In this document: piece after piece, positions 37,482 through 47,290 of the stretch
Numbering within the stretch: position 1 is the stretch's first letter
Layout: every line of letters starts with the position of its first letter
Assembly (NCBI GenBank): GCA_041665505.1
Contig: JBAYIR010000001.1
Location: 147,108-211,107, forward strand
Direction of reading: 5' to 3'
Origin: Patescibacteria group bacterium
GTDB taxonomy: Bacteria; Patescibacteriota; Patescibacteriia; UBA1558; GWA2-36-10
DNA length: 64,000 bases
Position numbers and translations under genes: made by a program
The notes under the pieces: model-generated
Databases searched by the model: none
The model's input: only the letters and a program-made list of their open reading frames with translations
Told to the model about the DNA's origin: nothing

Positions 37482-37510
37482 ACCCTACCACATAATTTTT
37501 ATTTTGTCAA
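37482..37510 (-). promoter_or_regulatory. Promoter of the riboswitch-controlled unit
   Basis: TTGACA, 17 bp spacer ending TGg, then TAGGGT. Confidence 0.55.
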
Positions 37511-37514
37511 GACC

Positions 37515-38303
37515 TTAAGCATGAATATCTCCAAAAGTCATGAATTTATTGACAGAATATATCAAAATCAAGCCAATAATAAACCATACTACTTGGGATT
37601 TATAGTGCTTATTTTTTTCATTATGAAGATGTGGCATTATATCGCTCATAGCAATATACAAGAAACTACCAGCGGCAATAGTGGTTAATATCAGTTGAGT
37701 ATAATCATTTTGAGCATAAAAATAAGTAAGTATACCGCCTATGACAGCCATGAGAGCAGAGGCTAAATTCCAAAATAGAGCTTTGATTTTAGTATAACCA
37801 GCATAAAGTAATAAACTAAAATCACCAATTTCTTGTGGTATTTCATGTAAGACAATAGCTAAAGTAGCTAAAACACCTAGTTGAACGTCCAACATAAAAG
37901 AAGCAGCAATCGCCATACCATCTATTAGATTATGCAAACCATCACCTATTAAGATATTAATGCCCATGGGATGGACACATTTTTCATCATGTTGGTGTTC
38001 TTCATGATCTTGCTGATGACGGCAGTTGTGCCAATGTAAATATTTTTCTGTAAAAAAGAAAAAAACTATTGAGCCGAGCATCCAAACAGAAAATATTTGG
38101 AAATCAAAACCTTCATGTATTGATTCTTCAACTATTTCTGGCAACATATGAAAAAATACATTACCTAGTAAGACAGCCGCAGCTAGTGAAACAGTGGCTT
38201 CCATTATTTTTTGAGAATATTTTCTTTTGAAAAAAAGGCTAATGCCTATCAGGGAAAGTAAGCTGACAGCTAAGGTGGCAATAATAATATAAGTAAGTAT
38301 CAT
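37515..38303 (-). CDS. ZIP family zinc transporter
   Basis: HMLPE, His-rich loop, GDGLHNLIDG, HEIPQEIGD. Confidence 0.93.
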   Translation of the reverse strand: MILTYIIIATLAVSLLSLIGISLFFKRKYSQKIMEATVSLAAAVLLGNVFFHMLPEIVEESIHEGFDFQIFSVWMLGSIVFFFFTEKYLHWHNCRHQQDHEEHQHDEKCVHPMGINILIGDGLHNLIDGMAIAASFMLDVQLGVLATLAIVLHEIPQEIGDFSLLLYAGYTKIKALFWNLASALMAVIGGILTYFYAQNDYTQLILTTIAAGSFLYIAMSDIMPHLHNEKNKHYKSQVVWFIIGLILIYSVNKFMTFGDIHA

Positions 38304-38307
38304 ATTT

Positions 38308-38691
38308 TTATTTACATTTATTACACAAGCCGGCTAATTGGACTTGATGTTTTATTAATTTAAAATTATTTGGTAAATCAATTTTTAGTTGGCAGGGAAT
38401 ACAGAATATTTTTTGGCATTTTTGGCAAAGTAGGTGATGGTGGTGAGTAGAGGAGAGGTGGTAGATTTTTTCTTGCCGGGCGGTATTGATAGTATCTTCA
38501 TTGATTAGCCCAGCCAAGGAAAAACGTTCTAGTATTCTATAAATGGAAACTAAGTTTATTTTTTTATTTAAGCCGGAGAAAATATCTTTAGCGGAGAGAG
38601 GGCGACTGTTATTTTTTAGAGCTTGAAAAACCGAAATATTAGCTTTGGTTATTTTTAGGCCAGCTTTTTTTATTAGCTCTTTTTCATTCAT
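38308..38691 (-). CDS. Fur family regulator (Zur-like)
   Basis: SIYRIL, HHHHLLCQKC, C-terminal GLCNKC; next to the ZIP transporter. Confidence 0.9.
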   Translation of the reverse strand: MNEKELIKKAGLKITKANISVFQALKNNSRPLSAKDIFSGLNKKINLVSIYRILERFSLAGLINEDTINTARQEKIYHLSSTHHHHLLCQKCQKIFCIPCQLKIDLPNNFKLIKHQVQLAGLCNKCK

Positions 38692-38718
38692 GTTGCTAGT
38701 TTAACATAATATTTTTAT

Positions 38719-38740
38719 TAAAGCAAGTCATTTGCCTTTA
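38719..38740. promoter_or_regulatory. Putative Fur/Zur operator palindrome
   Basis: taaagcaagtcatttgccttta, near-dyad 28 nt upstream of the fur start. Confidence 0.5.
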
Positions 38741-38800
38741 TATAATTTTTATGTTATATTTTAGATTGAAAAAATTGCTTATTTATGGTATATTAGAGCT

Positions 38801-40408
38801 ATGAAAATATCTGATGAAATCATTCTACTTTATAAAAAATTAGAACAGATTTATAAAAAAAAGGAGCTTTTGGCTCAAGAAGAAAATTTAATAGAAGTTG
38901 AAGAAATTGCTAGCCATTTTTCAGCCCTCTATGAAAAACTTAGAAATACTGTTGATTTTAAAGAGATTCATCTCCTCAGGCGTTTTGCTATTGAGAGAAA
39001 TTTGAAACGTCGTTTTATTATGGAGACTCTCAAACCAAATATTGCTCAGGCTTTGGTAGAAGATTTGGTCCGCTCTCGTTATTTACCAAATAAAATCATA
39101 CCTGAATATAGAATTGGCCAAATAGAAAAGATTATTGAAAAATACAATGATTTATTTCTGTTGATGAATGATCTCTATCATGGTGATGAGATCAAAGAAT
39201 ATTTTGATTGGTTGATTGGTGTGGAAGCTTGTGAAATAGATATTTTACTTAATCCAGAAGATATTGATGATGCGGTCATCGAGACTATGTATCAGATTAC
39301 CAAACCACGCGTCAAACTCAAAGGCGATGATGATCCAAATATCAGAGAAAAGAATCTACAATTATATATTTCTATTCATAAAGCTATAGTTAAATCAGAT
39401 GATACCATTATATCATTTCATCTTTTGAATTTATTTTATGATGAGTGGCTAAATGCCGACGCCGATACTATCAAGGTGATGGCTAGTCATTTGCCAGCCA
39501 TTTATAAAAATATTCAGTATCATGTTAAGCACCCTTACCAACGTCGAATACTTAAGTCAATCAAAAAACCAATAGTTACTTTTAAGATTCTTCACGAATT
39601 GATTTTGGAACATGGTAGTAATATGAAAGAACTCTTGGCCAATCCAGACAAATTGGAGTCGGAAGCCAAAATATTGATTAATAGAAAATATAAAAGCATT
39701 AGAAATAGGATATCTCGTGCTTCAGTCAGAGCTATTATTTATATTTTTATTACCAAAGCAATGTTGGCATTACTTTTGGAATTTCCATATGAAATGTATG
39801 TGGTAAAAGAAATAAATTATACCAACTTAGGTATCAATATATTATTTCCACCTTTATTGATGTTTTTAGTCACTTTGACTATCAAACCGCTGGGTGATAA
39901 AAATACTGAATTGATATTAGATAGTTTGCATAATGTGGTTTATAATCAGCCAGAGAAATCTATTTTGTGTCAGTTAAAAACTAAATATAATAAAAATCTT
40001 AGTTATCAAGTATTTTATTATTTTATGTATACAGTTCTTTATATTGTAGTTTTTGGAGCGATTGTATATTTCCTTAGACGTTTGAATTTTAATTTACTAA
40101 GTGGAGGAATATTTTTATTTTTCTTGACAGCGGTTAGTTTCTTTTCCATCCGTATTAGATCAACCGCTAAAGAATTGATGGTAGAGAATAAAAAAGAAGG
40201 TGTTTTATCGTTTTTTATAAACTTTTTTGCTCTGCCGATTGTTTCCGCTGGACGTTGGATGTCCACTAAATTTAAGAGTATTAATCTTTTCGCTTTTATT
40301 ATGGATTATATAATTGAAGCGCCTTTCAAACTTTTTGTAGCGGCTTTTGAGGATTGGCTGGGTTTTATGAAAGAGAAAAAAGACGAAGTTTTTCATGAGG
40401 ACCAATAA
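38801..40408 (+). CDS. Hypothetical membrane protein
   Basis: 535 aa; soluble N-terminus, several C-terminal TM helices. Confidence 0.75.
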   Translation: MKISDEIILLYKKLEQIYKKKELLAQEENLIEVEEIASHFSALYEKLRNTVDFKEIHLLRRFAIERNLKRRFIMETLKPNIAQALVEDLVRSRYLPNKIIPEYRIGQIEKIIEKYNDLFLLMNDLYHGDEIKEYFDWLIGVEACEIDILLNPEDIDDAVIETMYQITKPRVKLKGDDDPNIREKNLQLYISIHKAIVKSDDTIISFHLLNLFYDEWLNADADTIKVMASHLPAIYKNIQYHVKHPYQRRILKSIKKPIVTFKILHELILEHGSNMKELLANPDKLESEAKILINRKYKSIRNRISRASVRAIIYIFITKAMLALLLEFPYEMYVVKEINYTNLGINILFPPLLMFLVTLTIKPLGDKNTELILDSLHNVVYNQPEKSILCQLKTKYNKNLSYQVFYYFMYTVLYIVVFGAIVYFLRRLNFNLLSGGIFLFFLTAVSFFSIRIRSTAKELMVENKKEGVLSFFINFFALPIVSAGRWMSTKFKSINLFAFIMDYIIEAPFKLFVAAFEDWLGFMKEKKDEVFHEDQ

Positions 40409-40868
40409 TAATTTTTATATTATCGCTCACAATATACGCAGTCTATATAATATTGGTACTATTTTTAGAACAGCTGATGCCCTGGGAGTAGATACTGTAT
40501 TTTTAACTGGCTACAGCGGCCAGCCTCCTAGAAAAGAAATTTCCAAAGTAGCTTTAGGAGCAGAAGAGACTGTCAATTGGCAGTATTATAAAAGCTTGAC
40601 TTATTTAGTAAGAAAATTAAAAAAAGAAGGCCTTAGGATTATAGCTTTGGAAACTGGAGAGACTGCTATAAATTATTTAGATTTCAAAGCCAAATTTCCC
40701 CTGGCACTTTTGCTTGGTAACGAAGTACGAGGTGTATCTAAAGCAATGCTAAAACAAGTAGATGCCACCATTTCTTTGCCTATGAATGGCATCAAAGAAT
40801 CTCTTAATGTGGGAGTAGCTATGGCGGTAGCTGGTTATCATATTATAAAATTTAGAGACATTAGCTAA
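40395..40868 (+). CDS. SpoU/TrmH RNA methyltransferase
   Basis: NIGTIFRTADA, GNEVRGV, ESLNV. Confidence 0.92.
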   Translation: MRTNNNFYIIAHNIRSLYNIGTIFRTADALGVDTVFLTGYSGQPPRKEISKVALGAEETVNWQYYKSLTYLVRKLKKEGLRIIALETGETAINYLDFKAKFPLALLLGNEVRGVSKAMLKQVDATISLPMNGIKESLNVGVAMAVAGYHIIKFRDIS

Positions 40869-40916
40869 TTGTCTTTATTTTTGTTATAATATAATTAAAT
40901 AATTAAAATAAATTTC

Positions 40917-41144
40917 ATGTCTTTACACAAAGTAGTAGAATTAATTTTTACTTTAGTAATGCTCCTTTTTTTGGCAGTAATTGTTTTAGGAATTTTAGTG
41001 GCTATTACTATTGTTCAACAATTAGCTATTTTTGATGTTGGTATTAAAGGGCAAATGTTTTTTGTCGGAGGGATGTTTACTATTTTCCTTTACATCACCA
41101 AAATGATAATGGATAAGGTCAAAGAATATAATCGTTATATTTAA
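40917..41144 (+). CDS. Small two-TM membrane protein
   Basis: 75-aa hydrophobic ORF within an operon. Confidence 0.6.
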   Translation: MSLHKVVELIFTLVMLLFLAVIVLGILVAITIVQQLAIFDVGIKGQMFFVGGMFTIFLYITKMIMDKVKEYNRYI

Positions 41145-41152
41145 AAACAAAA

Positions 41153-42142
41153 ATGTTGAAAAATAAAATTACCACTATTGGCGGGGCAACTCGTGATATT
41201 ATGTTTTATACGGATGATATGTTGATTATAGATAATAAGAATGATTTGCTTCGTCAAAAATTAATTGCTTTTGAATACGGCGCCAAAGTTTATAGCCAAG
41301 AAGTATATTTTGTTTATGGTGGGGGTGGCATGAATGTAGCCGTAGGTTTAGCATCTCTAGGTATTAAGACACAGGCAATTTTGTCTATTGGTGATGACTT
41401 GGTTGGTAAAGATTTACTGAGCTATCTTAAAAGTAAAAAAGTTTCTACCAATCTAGTACAGATTCAAAAAAAATTAAAAACAGGCACTTCATCGGTTATT
41501 AATGTTGGCAAATTTAAAGAGCATGTTATTTTTGCTTATCGTGGTGCTAATACTAAAATTGATCTCGGTCCAGCAGTCATCAAAAAAATAAATACCCCCT
41601 GGCTTTATTTGACTTCTTTGTCTGGTAATTTTAAGTCGGGCTTAAATAGATTATTTGAGCATAGTCAGAAAAAAAATATAAAAGTTGTTTGGAATCCGGG
41701 TACTGATCAATTAAAATTAGGTTTAAGAGGCTTGGCTAAATACATGAAGCAGACTGCTGTTTTTGATGTCAATCGTGATGAGGCCTTAGAGCTGGTGATG
41801 AGTGTCCAAGGCAAAGCCACTAAAGATAATATTAATAGTCTTTTGAAATTTTTACATCACTATGGTCAAAAATTAACAGTTATAACTGATGGCCACAAGG
41901 GAGCTTATATTTATGATGGACAAAAAATATATTTTAGAGCCGCTTTAAAGAAAAAAGGTATCAATACTACAGGAGCTGGTGATTCATTTGGTTCAGGACT
42001 GACAGCGGGTATTATAAAATATAATTGGAATTTGGAAAAAGCTCTAAAGTTGGGGATTATAAATAGTAATTCAGTAATTATGAAAATTGGTGCTCAAGAA
42101 GGCTTATTAACTTCTAGAGATTTGAACAAACATAATTTATAG
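41153..42142 (+). CDS. PfkB family carbohydrate kinase
   Basis: GGGGMNVA, NRDEA, NTTGAGDSF. Confidence 0.92.
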   Translation: MLKNKITTIGGATRDIMFYTDDMLIIDNKNDLLRQKLIAFEYGAKVYSQEVYFVYGGGGMNVAVGLASLGIKTQAILSIGDDLVGKDLLSYLKSKKVSTNLVQIQKKLKTGTSSVINVGKFKEHVIFAYRGANTKIDLGPAVIKKINTPWLYLTSLSGNFKSGLNRLFEHSQKKNIKVVWNPGTDQLKLGLRGLAKYMKQTAVFDVNRDEALELVMSVQGKATKDNINSLLKFLHHYGQKLTVITDGHKGAYIYDGQKIYFRAALKKKGINTTGAGDSFGSGLTAGIIKYNWNLEKALKLGIINSNSVIMKIGAQEGLLTSRDLNKHNL

Positions 42143-42144
42143 TT

Positions 42145-42375
42145 ATGAATTTTATAAAAAAAGCTTTAGCCAAAACAATTGAAGAATGGGGTAATGAAAA
42201 TATTCCCGTTGTAGAAGATGATTTTGAACCACATTGGATAACAAAATATCTTGATAGTAGATCTCCAGACTATAATTCTATACTATTATATACAATTGTT
42301 CTGGGGAGTATAATAATTGTTGTGTTATTGATTTTATTTATCATAAAATTTGTTAAGAGTAAAAAGAAATCTTAA
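42145..42375 (+). CDS. Small single-TM protein
   Basis: 76-aa ORF within an operon. Confidence 0.55.
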   Translation: MNFIKKALAKTIEEWGNENIPVVEDDFEPHWITKYLDSRSPDYNSILLYTIVLGSIIIVVLLILFIIKFVKSKKKS

Positions 42376-42376
42376 T

Positions 42377-42943
42377 ATGAAAAAAGTTAAAGCAGAAATA
42401 TCAGCTAGACATTTGCATATTTCCAGAGCCCATCTCGACAAGCTCTTTGGTCGTGGCTATCAGCTGAAAGCTATCAAAGAATTATCTCAACCAGGTGAGT
42501 TTGCCGCCAGTGACAGAGTAGAAGTTAAGGGGCCTAAAGGAACTTTGACTATGCGTATTGTGGGTCCAGTCAGGGCTCAAACTCAAATAGAGTTGGCTTT
42601 GACTGATGCTAGAATTTTAGGAGTCAAACCTGAATTTCGTATTTCTGGTGATCTCAAAGATTCTCCGGGCGGCGTGACCTTAAAAGGTCCCAAGGGCAGC
42701 GTCAAACTGCTAAGCGGTATAATAATACCTAAACGTCATCTTCATATTTCCGTAGAAGAGGCCAAAAAATGGAAAATAAAAAATGGCCAAAAGCTCAAAG
42801 CAACAGTCAAAGGTCCTCGAGCTATGGAGATTAGAGAAATTACTGCTCGGGTTGGTAATTACTCTACTAGTATTCATTTAGATACTGATGAGGCTAATGC
42901 CGCTGGGCTACTTAGCTGTGGCATAATAGATTTAGAAATATAA
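42377..42943 (+). CDS. pduL: PduL-type phosphate acyltransferase (phosphotransacylase)
   Basis: SARHLH, LSQPGEFA, RHLH, HLDTDEANA. Confidence 0.92.
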   Translation: MKKVKAEISARHLHISRAHLDKLFGRGYQLKAIKELSQPGEFAASDRVEVKGPKGTLTMRIVGPVRAQTQIELALTDARILGVKPEFRISGDLKDSPGGVTLKGPKGSVKLLSGIIIPKRHLHISVEEAKKWKIKNGQKLKATVKGPRAMEIREITARVGNYSTSIHLDTDEANAAGLLSCGIIDLEI

Positions 42944-42973
42944 TGATAGAATATAATAATTAATTTCTAGCGG

Positions 42974-44131
42974 GTGAAAAAACATTTATTAGTCTTAAAT
43001 AATGGCAGTAGCAGTTTAAAATTTGCTGTTTTTGAATTGGCCAATTTATCAGGTCTTAGACAGAAAAAAATATCTAAGCAAGTTTTAAGCGGCTCTATAT
43101 GTTTACAAGGTGATAAAAGTGTTTTGATTTATAATAACAAAAAAATAAATCATCAAGCTCCTTATAGTTTGAAAAATTGGTGGCATTATATTTATGAGTT
43201 AATAAAAGATTTTGATATACAATATGTAGGTTTTAGAATGGTTCACGGCGGAGAAGAATTTACAGACACTACTATAGTCAATATTTCTTTTTTGAAAAAT
43301 ATCAAAAAATATAATAAGCTAGCTCCACTTCATAATCCCAATGCTTTGGAATTAATGCATTTAGTAAAAGATACTTGGCCTCGTGTTCAAATAGCAGTTA
43401 ATTTTGACACAGCTTGGCATCACAGTTTACCAGAGGCGGTTTATCTTTATTCTTTACCTATTGATTATTATAAAAAATATCAAATTAGAAAATATGGCTT
43501 TCATGGTCTTAGTCATGAAGCAGCCACAAATTATGCCGCCAAGGTTTTGAATAAAAAAGTAGATAAATTAAAATTAATAACTTGTCATTTGGGCTCAGGC
43601 GGCAGTATCACTTGGTATCTAGACGGTCAAGTCAAAGATACTAGTATGGGTTTTTCGCCCAATGAAGGTTTGACTATGTCTACTCGTAGTGGAGATTTGC
43701 CACCTAGCGTAGTATTTTATTTGGCCAGCGAGGCAAAGATGTCTTTGTCTAATATTAGCGAACTTTTAAATAAAAAATCCGGTCTACTAGGTCTAGCTGG
43801 TTTAGCTGATTTAAGAGATATATTATTGGCTAGCGGCTACAAAGTAGCTGGCTATAAAAATATTTTAAAATTTACTAAAGACCAAAGGCAGGCTGCTAAG
43901 TTGGCTTTGGATATTTATATTTATGATATTCGTCGCTATATAGCCTCTTATCTAGCGATGAGTAAAAAATTAGATGCCATTGTTTTTACTGGGCCAGTAG
44001 CTGCTAATAATACTATTAGGTCTATGATTATGAAAAATTTGCAAAAACCCAAAGGAACAAAGATATTATTGGCTCCCGAAGGTGAAATAATTAATATAGC
44101 TGAGAAAACAATAAAATGTCTGAGCAAATAA
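42974..44131 (+). CDS. ackA: Acetate/propionate kinase with divergent C-terminus
   Basis: NNGSSSLK, RMVHGG, APLHNP, YGFHGLSH, HLGSG, TRSGD. Confidence 0.9.
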   Translation: MKKHLLVLNNGSSSLKFAVFELANLSGLRQKKISKQVLSGSICLQGDKSVLIYNNKKINHQAPYSLKNWWHYIYELIKDFDIQYVGFRMVHGGEEFTDTTIVNISFLKNIKKYNKLAPLHNPNALELMHLVKDTWPRVQIAVNFDTAWHHSLPEAVYLYSLPIDYYKKYQIRKYGFHGLSHEAATNYAAKVLNKKVDKLKLITCHLGSGGSITWYLDGQVKDTSMGFSPNEGLTMSTRSGDLPPSVVFYLASEAKMSLSNISELLNKKSGLLGLAGLADLRDILLASGYKVAGYKNILKFTKDQRQAAKLALDIYIYDIRRYIASYLAMSKKLDAIVFTGPVAANNTIRSMIMKNLQKPKGTKILLAPEGEIINIAEKTIKCLSK

Positions 44132-44529
44132 TAAAATTAGCCCAAGCTGAGGACCAAATTATAAACAATTTGGTCAATACAGAAAATAAATTAAATGAGC
44201 TCAACCAAGAAGTGGGAGTAATTTTAAATGATTACAAAACTACCAATCAGCCAGAGGTGTCTTTTTTTAATTTTGATAATCCATTTTTTCTTTTAATCTT
44301 AGCTGGTCTTTTTCTATTGGCCTTTGCTTTGTGGTTTCTTAAACAGGAATTGAAACACTCCAAAACAAAAAAAACTAAAATAATAGCAGAGGTAAAGGAA
44401 AAAATAGAGATTAAAACTGTTCCGGAAATAAAAGTTAAAACATCTGAAGTAGAAAAAGTAAAAACCGAGCCGCTCAAAGAAACGCCTCGAAAAAAAGGCC
44501 GTACTATAAAAGTCATTAAGATAAAATAG
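44116..44529 (+). CDS. Hypothetical single-TM protein
   Basis: Coiled coil, TM helix, Lys/Glu-rich tail. Confidence 0.6.
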   Translation: MSEQIIKLAQAEDQIINNLVNTENKLNELNQEVGVILNDYKTTNQPEVSFFNFDNPFFLLILAGLFLLAFALWFLKQELKHSKTKKTKIIAEVKEKIEIKTVPEIKVKTSEVEKVKTEPLKETPRKKGRTIKVIKIK

Positions 44530-44597
44530 GCCTGTTTGTCAAAACATAGTAATTACTGATACAATATTATCACGTTAAATACGTGATTTTATTTTCT

Positions 44598-46295
44598 ATG
44601 TCATATATTTGGAGATTACCTCAAAAGCCTAGTCAGGAATTTATAGATAAATTTCCAGAATTACATCCGATTGTAGTTCAATTATTGTTTAATAGAAATC
44701 TTAAAACTCAAAATGAGATTGATGAATTTTTGAGTCCTGATTATAGTAAAGACGTCCATGATCCTCATCTGTTTAAGGATATGGAGAAGGCTTGCCAGAG
44801 GATATATAAAGCTATTAGAGAACAAGAACTTATTACTGTCTATGGAGACTATGATGCTGATGGAGTTAGCTCATCGGTTATACTTCGCTCTGTGCTCAAA
44901 GATTTAGGAGCTCAGGTGGAAGTATATTTGCCTCATCGGGAAAAAGAAGGCTATGGCCTCAATAAAAAAGCGGTTGAAGAATTGGCGGGTAAAACTAAAG
45001 TGATTATTACTTGCGATTGTGGTATTAGTAATTTGGAGGAGGTAGATTTGGCCAATCAAAAAGGCATAGATGTTATTATTACTGATCATCATACTATTCC
45101 CGATACTTTGCCCAAGGCTTTAGCTATCATCCATCCGCAAGTTAAAGGAGAAATGTATCCTTTTAAATATTTGGCTGGTGGTGGAGTAGCTTTTAAATTA
45201 GCTCAAGCTTTGCTGTCTCATGTTAAAAATGATTTATCTGATAAAGAAAAAGAAGGTAGTGAAAAATGGCTCTTAGATATGGTAGCCTTATCCACGGTGG
45301 CTGATATGGTGCCACTACTAGGAGAAAATAGGACACTACTCAAATATGGTATGCTAGTTTTGAAAAAAACTCGCCGTTTGGGCATGAAAAAATTAATAGA
45401 GGTAGCTAATTTAGAAATTGATAAAATTGATACTAGAGCTATTGGTTTTTCTTTGGCACCTAGAGTTAATGCGGCTGGACGAATGGATCATGCTAATTTA
45501 GCATATTATTTAATGATTGAAGAAGATGAGGCTAAGGCTACAAAACTAGCTCAAGAGCTTAATCAATCAAATTTAGATAGGCAAAAATTGACTGAGCGTA
45601 TTGTACGTGAGGCCAAAGCGCAGACTATAGATGAAAATGATCCTTTACTAGTTTTTTATGACCCCAGCTGGTCGTCTGGTTTGACAGGCTTGGTAGCTGG
45701 CAGATTAGCTCGTGATTATGCTCGACCAGTGTTTGTGATGACCAAGGTGGAAAACAACATTGTTGGTTCTGGTCGCAGTATTCCAGAGTTTAATATTATT
45801 GAGGCGTTGCAAGCTCATGAAGATTTGTTGATAAAATATGGTGGACATCCTCAGGCTTGTGGTTTTTCTATGGATCCAGAGAAAAGAGAAACTTTTGTTC
45901 AGATTATGAAAGAGTTGGCGACTCAAAAATTGCAAGGCGTAGAATTTCAAAGTAAATTAGATATAGAATTAATGATAGATTTTGAAGATATATCATGGGA
46001 TTTGGTGGATTTATAGGAAAGATTCCGTCCTTATGGTCAGATGAATCCAGAACCATTATTTATATCTAGTGGTTTAGCAATTACTAGTATTCGTCAGGTG
46101 GGAAATGACGGCAAACATTTAAAATTGGAAGTTTCCAAAGGCAATAAGAAAAAAGGAGCTATTGCTTTTGGTCTGGGTAATGTGAAATTAGAATTGGGGG
46201 ATAAAATTGATATCGTGTATAATTTGAGTATTAATCAATGGAATGGTAATCGGGAAATTCAATTAATGATTAAAGATATAAAAAAGAATGGCTAG
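44598..46295 (+). pseudogene. recJ: ssDNA exonuclease RecJ interrupted by an in-frame TAG at 46014-46016
   Basis: DYDADG, TDHH, GGHPQACG. After the TAG the same frame continues ERFRPYGQMNPEP...GKHLKL...NQWNG. Confidence 0.85.
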
Positions 46296-46683
46296 ACTTT
46301 TTACAGATGGTGGAGCTAGGGGTAACCCAGGCCCAGCCGCTATTGGTGGTGTGATATATGATGGGAAAAATAAAATAGCCGATTTTTCTCAATATATTGG
46401 TCAGACGACCAATAATCAAGCAGAATATCAAGCTTTGCTGAAAGGCTTAGATTTAGCTTTATCAAATAATATACAAAATTTGGAATGTTTTTTGGATAGT
46501 GAGTTGGTGGTTAAACAAATGAATAAAGAATATAAAGTTAAAGACAAAGAATTAGCTAAAATATTTGTTAAAGTTTATAATCTTAGTTTGAAATTTAAAA
46601 AAATTAGTTTTAGTCATATCCGAAGAGAATATAACAAAGAAGCAGATGCTTTGGTCAATAAAGCTTTAGACGCTAGACTTTAG
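46288..46683 (+). CDS. rnhA: Ribonuclease HI family
   Basis: TDGGARGNPGPA, TNNQAEY, DSELVVKQ, NKEADALVN. Confidence 0.93.
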   Translation: MARLFTDGGARGNPGPAAIGGVIYDGKNKIADFSQYIGQTTNNQAEYQALLKGLDLALSNNIQNLECFLDSELVVKQMNKEYKVKDKELAKIFVKVYNLSLKFKKISFSHIRREYNKEADALVNKALDARL

Positions 46684-46716
46684 TTATTTATATCAATTAT
46701 ATTAACAGGTTTCTGA

Positions 46717-46745
46717 TTGACAGAAAGCTGTTTTTTATTTATAGT
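46717..46745 (+). promoter_or_regulatory. sigma70 promoter of a GC-rich cassette
   Basis: TTGACA, 17 bp spacer, TATAGT. Confidence 0.7.
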
Positions 46746-46823
46746 AATCAAATTCGGATTTTTGTCCGGCCTTGTTCACTGGAGAGACTGAGGTCTCTCA
46801 AAACCATAGAAAGGAAGCCTAGG

Positions 46824-47042
46824 ATGGAATTTGGTCTCAAAGGTACTGGTTGGTATTTGATCTGCGATCAAGTACCGAAAGATGGCGGAGAGGGGGCTAG
46901 CAATCTCTTCTATCGCTTGAGTGTTCCGGTCGGGAGTAGTCAGTTGCGCTATGAGAAAGTAGCGCAACACGAAGCTCGTCGGATTTTGACCACACAAGCG
47001 GACCTGATCAAGGGTTATGTTGCCTGGATCACCACTCTGTAA
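46824..47042 (+). CDS. Small GC-rich hypothetical protein
   Basis: aaaggaag SD-like sequence; lies inside a promoter-terminator cassette. Confidence 0.55.
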   Translation: MEFGLKGTGWYLICDQVPKDGGEGASNLFYRLSVPVGSSQLRYEKVAQHEARRILTTQADLIKGYVAWITTL

Positions 47043-47059
47043 CGCAGGAGGCTTGCTCT

Positions 47060-47260
47060 ATGGAACAGCTCTGGAAGGGCGCTTACATTGGTGCTAAGTG
47101 CCCCTATGAGGATTGTTCTGGTTTTGTGGGAGCTCATGATCCTGGTGGCTCTGAGCCGCATCAGCTTCGCTGTAGCGCGGAGCCCGAACACATGACCGAG
47201 ATCTCGGCCGACCGCTACTCCCAGCTTCAGCTGGAAGCTCGGTCTAGGGCCGAGGCCTAA
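47060..47260 (+). CDS. Small putative zinc-ribbon protein
   Basis: SD aggagg; CPYEDC...LRCSAEPEH. Confidence 0.6.
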   Translation: MEQLWKGAYIGAKCPYEDCSGFVGAHDPGGSEPHQLRCSAEPEHMTEISADRYSQLQLEARSRAEA

Positions 47261-47290
47261 GTCGTCCCATCAGGGATAAAGGCATTTTGG

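Noticed and set aside
46014-46016. Genome-wide stop codon reassignment or pyrrolysine
   Set aside because: TAG, TGA and TAA all end conserved genes at expected positions; this is the only internal stop.
46781-46792. 12-mer ggagagactgag shared with the leader of riboswitch 3 (36952-36941)
   Set aside because: A single short match with no flanking similarity; compatible with chance.
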